A stretch of 64,000 bases of DNA, from assembly GCA_053919585.1 (NCBI GenBank), contig CM132799.1; one strand, given 5' to 3'. The notes under the pieces are model-generated. The model searched no databases. It was given only the letters and a program-made list of their open reading frames with translations, and was not told the origin of the DNA. The translations under genes and the position numbers were made by a program. The DNA is from Euprymna scolopes (taxonomy: Eukaryota). This document shows, one piece after another, positions 53,300-64,000 of this stretch. Within the stretch, counting starts at the first letter, position 1; every line of letters begins with the position of its first letter.

Positions 53300-53645
53300 A
53301 AAAGATGTATCTACTTTGAAAAAAAAAGTGTAGGTGCTAGGATATCCCCCTGCTTCACACTATTGTACACAGAGATGGGTTCCGACAGGCATCCGTTGAA
53401 GTTCAGGTGATCCTTCATATTATTGTGGGGCTCTCTGAGTAATCGTGGAAATTGAGGTGGGCATCCCAACTTCCCCATAATTACACATAGGCCAAATCTG
53501 TTCACCGTATCAAAAGCCTTAGTCAAATCAATAAGACCCTGATAATGCGGACCTCGGTGTTCAGTACATTTCTCCTGCGAGTACCGAGCAGAAAAGATCA
53601 TGTCCGTGGTTCCTTCGCCCCGACGAAAGTCACTTTGGCTTTCTA
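53300..53645 (-). mobile_element. RTE/BovB-clade LINE RT fragment
   Basis: TTDMIFSARYSQEKC..IDLTKAFDTVNR..KLGCPPQF..VKQGDILAPTLF. Confidence 0.9.
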
Positions 53646-53723
53646 GAAATTACAAATACTAATATTAGATAATATATTTGTCTATTTAAATTCTCTTTTT
53701 TACTTACTTAATATAACGTTATA

Positions 53724-53830
53724 CTAGCTGTGTTGCCCAGCGTTGCCCGGCGTTGCCTGGGTGTTTGAAGGTGGGTGTTGAGCAAAAAGAAAAAGTTGTA
53801 GAAGTATAAATTAATGGTTCATTGCCTAGA
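53724..53830 (-). mobile_element. Helitron-like 3' end fragment
   Basis: A|CTAGCTGTGTTGCCCAGCGTTGCCCGGCGTTGCCTGGG, then TGTTGAGCAAAAA, the reverse complement of the 27-28 kb Helitron ends. Confidence 0.7.
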
Positions 53831-55772
53831 TGTACCAGGTGCGTCAAATTATGCAGTGGGCCGTTAGACAGTTGTATCGAAATGTACTCACTAATATGAA
53901 TGCAGTTGGCCCATGTGTAATGTTATGAACCTTTAAGGCTGTAATCATAGCGTAGTATCTGTTAACTGTGGCAAGCGGGAGCAATGGTCAAAATATTTTT
54001 ATTATTGTTATTGTATTCTTATTAATTGATTTGAGCGACGGATGGTCGCTGGATCAGTTATTATGATTAGAAGAATAAACATTTTAACTGGGGATAAATT
54101 ATTGACGCATGAATCGCAAAAAGAATGCAAAAATAGGAAATAGATGTAAGCATTCTTTTGGTTTGGAATAAACACATAACTAGGTGGATTAGATTGGTAA
54201 GAGAACACGTGATGTACTTAGTTTTGGAGGGATTCAGAGAGTTCAGGATTGACCACTAGAGCAGACAAACGTAGACAAGGGTGGACAGACAGCTGGGAGC
54301 GAGCTGTATGAACAGAAAATGTAGAAACTGCAGATCCTGTNNNNNNNNNNNNNNNNNNNNNNNNNNNNNNNNNNNNNNNNNNNNNNNNNNNNNNNNNNNN
54401 NNNNNNNNNNNNNNNNNNNNNNNNNNNNNNNNNNNNNNNNNNNNNNNNNNNNNNNNNNNNNNNNNNNNNNNNNNNNNNNNAAAACACATAACACATGTAG
54501 TTTGCTCCAAGCAATGATTGTTAAATATGGATACGTATAAAAAGCATGAAGGAGTCCTGATGTATATGTGATGTTAAGCAAAGAAAACAAGGAAAACACA
54601 CAAAAAAGTCTGTATGTTTTTTTTTAATCTCGGTATATATAATAATAGGCTACAAATGCTAACAGTAAATATCGACATATTTGTTAAGTAGCAATTGAAA
54701 GACTTGATTATAAGAGAATATAACATGTGTTTTTAACAATGTAACAGAGTATGCCGTTATAAATTATTTAAAAATGGACAATATCGTAATCATTGAGCTG
54801 GAAGTAAGATTAGGTTAGCAAGCAAGGGTACATGCGATTAAATATAGCCTTCTAATCACTGACTTTCTGATGCATACGTTTTGAAATGTATTTTCTCTAC
54901 CACTATTATTAATTATATAATTCTTCTTCGAACAGAAAACACTTATGTTTATATGCTTTTATATGCTATATAGAAAATTATATAAAATGAGTTGCAAACT
55001 CTTTGTACTATGTACGACAAAACACCAATGTGTTCATCGAATATTTGAACTAAAGCAATATTATTAATATTTGATATTAAACTGATACTGTATGAGCATC
55101 CTATAATCATCTTCGACAATGTCGATTACTGTTTAACTTTTCGTCATGTATTAGTAATTTACCCATATTGGGTAATATCACGCCATTTGGAGTTCGCCTT
55201 CATAATTTATATATCCTCATATTTTTCTAATATGGGTATGTTTACTTCGGACTATTTTATCAGTTATATAAAACTATACTTTAATGTATTATGAAATCTC
55301 ATAATATAACTCTATTTCTTAGGAAAATAAATGTTCGTATAAAGACGGATACGAAACATGCTTTAATAATGTATTTTTCTCATAAATAACAAAAGTTATT
55401 GAGCATCTGATACCGTTTCTAGTGTGAAATGTATTCGAGTATGCATTTATAGACATTTTGACTTGATGTCTGAGCTTAATTACGATTCAACAAGCGATGA
55501 CTTTGTCTGCCTCCGAGTGTTTAATGCAATTAACTTTGTTCGTATTTAATTAACTCATCACAAATTAAGCAAAAGTATGAAGTGAAAACCCGCAAAGTTG
55601 GTGTGACTATTGTTAATGTTCCTGTTTAAACAATGACAAATAGAATCGAATGATGAAACACTTTCTTTCTCATAGGTTGTCTCTACATGCAGTTGATTTT
55701 CTTCTCACTCTGTTCTTTTCTCTCTGTCTCTCTTCTCTCCCTTTCCCCTTCTCTATATACGCATCTACACGG

Positions 55773-55811
<39 letters not shown>

Positions 55812-55989
55812 TACGCATATACACGGACATATATATATACACGCATATGCATCTTTTATATATATATATATATATATATGTATATACACGCATATACATC
55901 TGTTATAGATATATAAACGATTACATTCATTTTACCATATAAATGAGATAATTGTGCATTTATACATGCGCCAGAATACACACACACAA

Positions 55990-56056
<67 letters not shown>

Positions 56057-56566
56057 CATATGTATATATTCGAGCGCATGTATAAATATATTCACAATTA
56101 GTTTATTTATATGGTAAGAATTAATGCAATCGTTTATACTGCTATAAAATTATATATATATATATATATATATATCTTTATTCGATTGGCAAACTTTTAG
56201 AATAATTATAAAGAAGTGAACCATCGCGTAAATTCAATACACTAAAAAATGGAAAACGGGGTGCGGAAAAGAAAAAAATATATAATGGGGCAAGTTATAT
56301 GTACAATTCAATAAAATAAATAAGTCGATTAAAAACGATCGTTAAAATACACCCAAAGCGCTTTTCGTTCAGACTAACATTTTCAAGGGTCATAAGTCTG
56401 AAAATTATTATTTTTTTTTTTTTTTTAGAATATTTGGTAGTGGTATGGAATAAGAGATGGTCTTTATCTTAGTTGGGATTCTTTTGACTCCACAACCAGG
56501 AAACTAAATCTTATTAGAAACTTAACCCATCGGGCACTTGCTATTTGGTCCCCACCTTTTATTGAT

Positions 56567-57199
56567 GTGGAAATTGAAAACATTAAAAGGGTTTTTATTA
56601 ATAATAGATATCCAACTCCGTTAGTTAACTTAGTTATTAATAAAAAAATTCAATCCTTTTCTGAGCTACTAAAATACGGTCCATGTAGATTTCCGGTATA
56701 CCTTAAGTTACCCTGGATTGGACTTGAAGGCCAACTTATTTGCGATAAGATTTTCTCTCTGGTGTCTTCTAATTTTGGTGCTCTATCGCTCCGTATTGCC
56801 TTTTCCACAAACACCGCCTCTCCCTCATTTCGTAAGGATTTTTTGCCTATCTCTCAATCAAGTAACAATATTTATAAATTTCAATGTCGGTGTGGTGCCG
56901 TCTATATAGGCAAGACGACCCAGCGTCTTCAGGTCAGAATCGCCCAACATGTTCCCCGTTTCATCCGAGATCATCAACCTACTACCAGAAAATCTCAACT
57001 GATAGAATCGTCCATCGGCAAACACTTGGTCGATAAAAAGGAGGGTGGTCTTGTTTTCTCTCCGGAGTGTTTTTCTGTTTTGTATCGAGGACGCACAAAG
57101 TTGTACCTGTCTGTCCTCGAAGCACTTGCCATCATTGCTAACCCCCCTACTTTGTGCAAGCAGAGAAACCTCCGGCTTCACTTAGAATTATTTGGGTAG
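56567..57199 (+). CDS. Penelope-like RT C-terminal linker plus GIY-YIG endonuclease (partial ORF, no stops)
   Basis: NRYPTPLV..VYLKLPWIG..NNIYKFQCRCGAVYIGKTTQRLQVRIAQH..SSIGKHL..LEALAI...PTLCKQ. Confidence 0.85.
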   Translation: MEIENIKRVFINNRYPTPLVNLVINKKIQSFSELLKYGPCRFPVYLKLPWIGLEGQLICDKIFSLVSSNFGALSLRIAFSTNTASPSFRKDFLPISQSSNNIYKFQCRCGAVYIGKTTQRLQVRIAQHVPRFIRDHQPTTRKSQLIESSIGKHLVDKKEGGLVFSPECFSVLYRGRTKLYLSVLEALAIIANPPTLCKQRNLRLHLELFG

Positions 57200-57309
57200 T
57201 CAGGGCTTTTTTTTCTCTCTCTTAACCTCCTCTCCGCTCTTATTCCATACCACTACCAAATATTCTAAAAAAAAATAAAAATAATAATAATAATAATTTT
57301 CAGACTTAT

Positions 57310-57351
57310 GACCCTTGAAAATGTTCGTCTGAACGAAAAGCGCTTTGGGTG
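57310..57351 (+). ncRNA. Variant minimal hammerhead motif; mirror copy on the minus strand at ~56349-56391
   Basis: ACCC-UUGAAAA-U-GUUC(GUCU)GAAC-GAAA-AGCGCU-UU-GGGU: P1 ACCC/GGGU, a P2 stem and a palindromic P3. The core differs from CUGANGA. Confidence 0.5.
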
Positions 57352-58539
57352 TATTTTAACGATCGTTTTAAATCGACTTATTTATTTTATTTAATTGTAC
57401 ATATAACTTGCTCCATTATATATATATTTTTTTTCTTTTCCTCACCCCGTTTTCCAGTTTTTAGTTGATTGAATTTATGCNNNNNNNNNNNNNNNNNNNN
57501 NNNNNNNNNNNNNNNNNNNNNNNNNNNNNNNNNNNNNNNNNNNNNNNNNNNNNNNNNNNNNNNNNNNNNNNNNNNNNNNNNNNNNNNNNNNNNNNNNNNN
57601 NNNNNNNNNNNNNNNNNNNNNNNNNNNNNNNNNNNNNNNNNNNNNNNNNNNNNNNNNNNNNNNNNNNNNNNNNNNNNNNNNNNNNNNNNNNNNNNNNNNN
57701 NNNNNNNNNNNNNNNNNNNNNNNNNNNNNNNNNNNNNNNNNNNNNNNNNNNNNNNNNNNNNNNNNNNNNNNNNNNNNNNNNTTTATGATTCATCTTAACC
57801 GTATACAAGTAATATTGCCTCTTGTACGTAAGCGCTACTAATTGATACCATATATGCATCCATTCAATGAATTGACCTGAACAAAGAGATTCATGCTAAC
57901 ATCATTTTAACATTTCATCATGTTAGTACACTCATATAAGCAGGAAACATTGTGAGCATTCTAAAATTAGCTGTTCAAGCAAACTATTACAGGAGAAATA
58001 TTCTAAATATCAAGGCACATTTACAGTGAATCCGAGGTGTTCAAGAATATATCGTCGTGATTGGATATTTCCCTCAAACCGTGCACAACATTCTAGTGTG
58101 GGTTCGCACACATTCCATTTAAATACTCGTTAACAAACACAAAGGTACAATATTCCGGCAAGAAAATAGGGGGTTTAACATGGTTGATAGTGCCGGATTT
58201 TAAAATCTAGTACCCTCTTTTCATCTTATCTAAGGGAAACATATTTGTAGTAACTACACCAGTACAGATAATGCAATGACACTTTCTCTATTGTCGAATT
58301 GGTTGATTTGTGATATAAAAAGGTAGTCTAAGACGTGAAAAACTGCAAGCAATCAAGAAAGAAACCACCTGTATGTAGCAATCTTTATAATTACTATTTA
58401 TAATGTAGTATTCATGGTGACGCATTTGTTTTATTATTACAACTACAACTACACATAATACTTACGTATTACAACTACGTGAAGTAAATATTTAAAAGTC
58501 TAAGCATTACTTATGCGACCAGATCATATAAGTAGATAT

Positions 58540-59307
58540 TCTATGAATCTATAAAAGTGAAAATGTGTGTGTGTATGTCTGTGTATGTGTGTACATTTTT
58601 GTAGAAAATAACCCTGTCAATTGTCGGTCTCGAGACTCGAGATTACACCTTAGGACTATGCAGATTTGGGAAGATGTTTAATCAGTTTTCGGGCAAGAAT
58701 TTGGCTGTCAAAGTTTAATGATTAGACTCTTAAAAACTCTACCAAACTCCTAAGCCTATTTTAGATTTAAACATTTGCCATTTTAAATGTTGGTTATTTG
58801 CACATTAATCCAAAGTTTATATATATGAATATATGAAATTTTACATTAAGTGCAAAAGGTTTGGCATTTGAGGTGGCTAGCATACTATCCTGACAATTGT
58901 GTGTCGAAACATAGAGATGCATACATAATGAGTAATAAGACATGCGGCAAGCATTTTAATAAGATGTGGGGCGAACATTTGGCTACCAAAAGTTGAAAGA
59001 GTTCACCTCTGCAGATTATACCAAATTCCTCTTCCAATTTTGGGTCTACAGAATTTTAATTTAAAATATAGGTAACTTGGACATGGATATAATTTTATAT
59101 ATTTATTTGAGACGGAAATAATACATTTTAAGTGGTAAAATTTTGGTTCACAGCTAAAAATTTGACTTTTGCGATCTCTATGAAATTACTCAGAAAAATG
59201 ATTCTCTAAAGACATGGAATCTTACATAAAGTGTATTCACACGTAGGACATGTAAGGAACAGTACATGGGACCCGGGCAAACGGGCAAAGCGGAGCTGAG
59301 GTTCCTG

Positions 59308-59310
<3 letters not shown>
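58540..59310 (+). mobile_element. Non-autonomous Helitron-like element (same family as 27.1 kb and 24.5 kb)
   Basis: TCTATGAATCTATAAAAGTGAAAATGTGTG start, shared internal modules, and a GC-rich CCCGGGCAAACGGG near the end. Confidence 0.7.
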
Positions 59311-59390
<80 letters not shown>

Positions 59391-59394
59391 ATAT

Positions 59395-60123
59395 AATCGG
59401 CGGTTTATTTAAAATTACCGTGGATTGTGAAAAGAGTAACATACTTTCAACACAGATTCGAGAGAAGTATTTATGACTGCTTTCATTCTGTGTCCTTGCG
59501 TGTGTTATATACTACGAGACCTGCATTTCCTTCTTTTCGCATGGATAGTTTGACTTACATCCAAAATACCAATATTGTATATCAATTCAAATGCCACTGC
59601 GATGCTGATTATGTTGGGTGAACGTCCTTGCATCTTTTGACTCGTATCAACCAGCATTCCCCATCGAAGGTCAGACCAGGGAAGATGGGGGCTGGTAGTA
59701 TCCCTCCTTCTGCAGCATCGGACTCTGCTATTGGCCAGCATTTGGTTGGCAACCTGTGCTGAGCCGATAGATATAAAATTGAATTGTTCGAGGTGCTACA
59801 TAGAGCGGACTCCAGAAACCCTTTAAATATTTTGGACGCTGTCTATGTAGCGGTGCGGACAACTTATTTGTGCCGACAGAAAGAAACATCTAACGCATTG
59901 TTTCTCTTTGGGGAACTGTGAATCTTTTCTCCCGATTTTTTCCTCGTTGTGCCATTATTTCAATCGTTTTTTTTTTAATGTTAATAAACTTTTTTTTTTA
60001 GTTCCCCATCAGTACTCTTTACTTTCGACACATTATTTTTACGCTATCGATTTTCTCCTGATGAGATGATAATTGAAAGAGCCCTTGAGGCACTTCCGCC
60101 CATTATATTTAAAACTTTATTTC
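59395..60123 (+). mobile_element. Penelope-like GIY-YIG pseudogene with a 3' hammerhead
   Basis: NIVYQFKCHCDADYVG*T..LLTRINQH..DSAIGQHL..LCRQK. Canonical CTGATGA..GAAA at 60058-60078. Confidence 0.85.
60054..60090 (+). ncRNA. Minimal type I hammerhead ribozyme motif
   Basis: UCUC-CUGAUGA-GAU(GAUA)AUU-GAAA-GAGCCC-UU-GAGG, located just 3' of the GIY-YIG region as expected for a PLE. Confidence 0.65.
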
Positions 60124-60364
60124 NNNNNNNNNNNNNNNNNNNNNNNNNNNNNNNNNNNNNNNNNNNNNNNNNNNNNNNNNNNNNNNNNNNNNNNNNNNNN
60201 NNNNNNNNNNNNNNNNNNNNNNNNNNNNNNNNNNNNNNNNNNNNNNNNNNNNNNNNNNNNNNNNNNNNNNNNNNNNNNNNNNNNNNNNNNNNNNNNNNNN
60301 NNNNNNNNNNNNNNNNNNNNNNNNNNNNNNNNNNNNNNNNNNNNNNNNNNNNNNNNNTCATATA

Positions 60365-60735
60365 TTCTTTACATCGGCATTACCACTTATGAAGGCCAAG
60401 TGGCCATCCGTAAATAAGTGTTAAAGAGGGTACAGTACAAATTGGACAATATAGCAATCGTTAGTAATGGAAATTCGGTAAATTTGTAAACTTATATGGA
60501 ATGGCTCATCAACAACTTGTTTACGTTGCACTTGAAGACAACTATATGGTAGTCAGCTGGAAAGCAGGAAAACGGAAGACAATTCAATAGGCGTGCAGTT
60601 CTAAGAAAGCCGCTTTTCCATAGAATCTACGTTTAGTTTTAGGTATAGATAATGAGTGGGCGAAATTAGTGATAGTTTTCTCTGCTAGACGAGTGTTTCT
60701 TGTGAAAGTTTTAGAACAGAGTGGCCCATAAGCCG
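60365..60735 (-). mobile_element. 3' end of CR1/Jockey-group LINE (third copy)
   Basis: Homologous to 61562-61930 and 46975-47330. Confidence 0.85.
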
Positions 60736-60879
60736 CTTTACATTTTAAAAATAGAATATATTTTTTCTTTTTAATATATTTCTATTTTGTCGTTTCAGAA
60801 ATATAAAATAATATCTTTTGAAGCCTGTTGTATTAATACGTTTAGAACTTGATACAAACTGAAGATAAGTGTGTCATAT

Positions 60880-63800
60880 ATTTAAAATAGGCGCAATTGT
60901 TACAACGCAAAGATCTGTATGAGTCATTTCAGCAATGAAGTTTGTAATGCGCTTTTTTAGAGATGGGGTCTGTATAAGATTGCAGGACGTGGACATGGCC
61001 GTTCAGTATGCGCACACGAAAATACTGACCTGAGGCGTAGCATTAAAGAGAACACAACCACAAAGGCTTGCCCAAGAACCTGACATCTCACGGAGTTCTC
61101 TGCGGCGTATTTAAAGAAACTTGCGCATGTATCCCGACAAGTCTCAATTAGTGCAATCTTTACAACTACCATACATTTAGATTTATGCTGTCAGGTTGAA
61201 TAAAACTTCAAGAAATAACAATTAGTTTATTCAGAAATAGATGACGTGAGATAAGGCTCATTTCAATTTGAATGGCTATGTCAATAAGCAGAAGAAATAA
61301 TTCTGGGGCAAGGGCAATCCACGTTAATTGATGCGAGTCGAAGGAACCCTATTAAAATAACAAGATTGTGTAAAGTAACTTCGGAAAATGTTATTCGGTT
61401 CTTCTTTGCGGACGCGACTGAAACTGTCACTGTAATTGATGAGATATATAGTGGCATGCTAGTGGTTATTGTTCAACATCAGTTAGCAAACATAGCAGGG
61501 AATTAGTAGCAACAAGTTTCAGCAACAGCACATACAGCTAGAGCTACAATGCAGTAGGAAACTTTTTTTTTACATAGGCGACACCACTTACCAAGGACGA
61601 TAGACCACTCAAAGATAAGGGTTAAAGAGTGTAGAGTAGTCAAAAGGACAATATAGTAATCGATAGTAATGGAAGATCGGTAAATTTGTTAACTTAAGTG
61701 GAACGGCTCATCAGAAACTTGTTCACGTTGGACTTGAAGACACCCGTATTATAGACAGCTGGAAAGCAGGAAAACGAAGGACAATTCCACAGGCGTGCAG
61801 ATCTAAGAAAGAAATTTGATCATGGAATCTATCTTAAGGTTTAGGCACAGATAAAGAGTGGGGAAAATTATTGATAATGTTTTCAGCTAGGCTAGTGAAA
61901 GTTTGGCGAAGGGGGACCATAGATTTAAGCTTAGTCGAACTTATTCCATGAAAATAACGATAAAGCAGAGACAAACTCGCAACATCTCTTCTGTGAGATA
62001 GAGGTTGTAGGGAAGAGATAAGGAAATCTCCAACCAGACCATGAAGTCTATTTTGAACACTATCAAGGCAGGGCAAGTCTTTTCTAACAGCTCCTGCCCA
62101 TATGTGGCAACAGTATTCGATCCTTGGACGTATCTGGCTCTTATATAGTTAGGGGATTGCATCAGCAGTGAGATATCTACTGGATCGATAGAAGGATCCC
62201 ATCATTTTTCCAGCGGCCTTGGCAACATATTTGATGTACGTATTCCATTCAGAATCAGGAGTAAAGGTCAATCCCAGGAGCCTGTCAAAACTTGAGGCCT
62301 CCCTAAGACGAGAGCCATTCATTTTAATTGATGCCAGATGAGGATCAGAACGTTGATGATGTAAAGATAGAAGCTTGGTTTTAGATGACTAAAAATAACC
62401 AGCCACTCCTTTCCCCATTGTACAACGTGATCAAGATCAGAGGAGAGAGAATCGGAGAGAACATGGTCGTTTACTGTCTTAGATGTGCTACCATAGATGG
62501 TAGTGTCGTCAGCAAAAATGTTTACGAATGATGTAAGGATGTGATTTGGAAGATTATTAATGTAGATCAAGAAAAAAGTCTTGGGCACAGGATGGACCCC
62601 TTAGAGAATCCAGCATTTATACTGTGAGCTTCTGATTTTTGCCCATCAACTACTACGCTTATGAACCTATCAGAGAGAAGTGATTTAATAATTGAGAAGA
62701 CATTTCCAGCTATAAAATAGATGGGGATCTTGTGACGTAAACCTTTATTCCATACCCTATCAAAGGCGTTTGATATGTCAAGAGCAATTGCCCTATAAAG
62801 GTTGCCTCTGTCGAGAGATTCGCTAATCCTATGAGATATAACTGTAAGCACATCTGTTGTAGATCTAGCAGGGCGGAACCCATATTGTGTGTCACTAAGA
62901 AGGTTATTTTTACTGAGATGGTTGATTGCTTCTCTATTTAACACAGATTCCAGCAACTTACGCACAGGAGACTTATTGGCCTGTACTGAGAAGGGGTGAA
63001 CGATCACCTGAATTCTAAACTACCGGGCATACTGATGAGATTTTCCAGGGTGATGGGAAGCAATTTTCCTTACGACAACGTTTAAACAGTTTTGTAAGTA
63101 TGGGTGCTCGTTCTGGTTGCAGTTTTTGAGTACTATAATTGGAATACCGTCAGGGCCGGTTGCTTTACAGGAATAAAGGTTTTTGATTAGCTTCGCAACA
63201 TCACATGCAGATATTTGTACATCACATAGTGTGTTTTCTTATACAGGAGGAGATATTGGGGGTTGGCGGCCTTGGTCGCAAAGGGTAGAATTGGCTACAA
63301 AGTTATTGGCAAAGAGGTTGGCTTTGTCGGATGCTGACGAGATTAATTCAGGTCCATTGATGATAGTTGGGATAGAGCACACGGTTCTGTTTAGGATTCT
63401 GCTTGCATTTGGCAAAACTGGTGGGAACCAAGCCGCTGCTCAGCTACTTTGGACTTGACGGACTGAGCATACAACTCTCTTGGGTTATTTATTACTTTCT
63501 TAAAATGGTTGCTGGCAGTCGTGAAAGCGGCTTTAGTTTCTATACATCTATTACGTTGGAAGCAGTGGAAAAAAGTGATTTCTGTGCGCAATAGCAGAAA
63601 CACATTCTTGAGAAAACCATGGCTGGCTGTTAGGTTTTCGCTGAAACTTTTCGAGGGTATGAAATGGTCAATACCTACAATTAACCATTCTGTCAGCTCT
63701 GATACTATAGACGACACATCCTTTTTAAACATGGAACGCAGAGGAAGATCCGATATAAATGTACGAAAACTATCCCAGTCAGCCATAGTGTATCGATATA

Positions 63801-64000
63801 CTGTACGATGGGAGGTACGTCTGAGGACTTACTACATTACATTTTTATGTTAATTGATACAACTGAGTGGTCGGAAGTTGATGTTTTAAGACCAAGAAAT
63901 CTCTCGGCATGCCGATTTTTCATTGTTTCGACGTTCACCGGATTTGACAGAACCAGACAATTGGCTTTGAAGATCTTTTAAAGACAAAGTGTTTTTAAAG
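60880..64000 (+). mobile_element. rosa/DD41D-like mariner transposase relic split by a LINE insertion (pieces 60880-61560 and ~63885-64000)
   Basis: DKAHFNLNGYVNKQ..WG, TVTVIDEIYSGML and QQVSATAHTARATMQ before the LINE. ISRHADF..RRSPDLTEPDNWL*RSFKDKVF after it. Confidence 0.75.
61562..63830 (-). mobile_element. 5'-truncated CR1/Jockey-group LINE (RT, 3' UTR, A-rich tail)
   Basis: ADWDSFRTFI.., KATGPDGIP, QYGFRPARSTTDVL, ALDISNAFDRVW, NIFADDTTIY, SLQPLSHRRDVASLSLLYRYFHG. T-run at 61563-61571. Several frameshifts. Confidence 0.92.

Larger units (their letters stand above)
56226..57480 (+). mobile_element. 5'-truncated Penelope-like element with inverted pseudo-LTRs
   Basis: 56226-56456 is the reverse complement of 57237-57480. 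The interior holds an uninterrupted GIY-YIG ORF. Confidence 0.9.

Noticed and set aside
55650-56095. YIYIYI-, THTH- and CVCV-rich ORFs here and at ~9.0, 12.0, 22.4, 25.7, 32.0, 41.8 and 59.2 kb
   Set aside because: They are artefacts of dinucleotide repeats that lack stop codons.
57461-57859. ORFs spanning N-runs, here and at the other gaps
   Set aside because: They are open only because of unknown bases.

Overview
AT-rich eukaryotic genomic DNA from a draft assembly. It is animal and probably invertebrate; the taxon cannot be fixed from sequence. There are ten N-gaps (12078-12208, 22130-22329, 26620-26804, 36015-36202, 43697-43837, 44192-44336, 52677-52815, 54341-54480, 57481-57781, 60124-60357) and many (TA)n/(CA)n microsatellites. 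The window is mostly a graveyard of transposable elements. These include CR1/Jockey-group and RTE LINE relics, several Penelope-like (GIY-YIG) elements carrying minimal hammerhead-ribozyme motifs and inverted termini, three Tc1/mariner relics (one split by a LINE insertion, one internally inverted), a Ty3/Gypsy integrase relic, probable piggyBac relics, and many non-autonomous Helitrons (one tandem array, one carrying a ~160-bp satellite). No complete host CDS, rRNA, tRNA or CRISPR array is supported. A chain of + strand splice signals suggests the 5' part of an intron-rich host gene that may encode a secreted or membrane protein, but this is low confidence. The least explained element is a GC-rich, highly structured 381-bp unit present as ~1.6 head-to-tail copies (42389-43010). 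All calls come from manual reading and remembered family motifs; no database searches were run.
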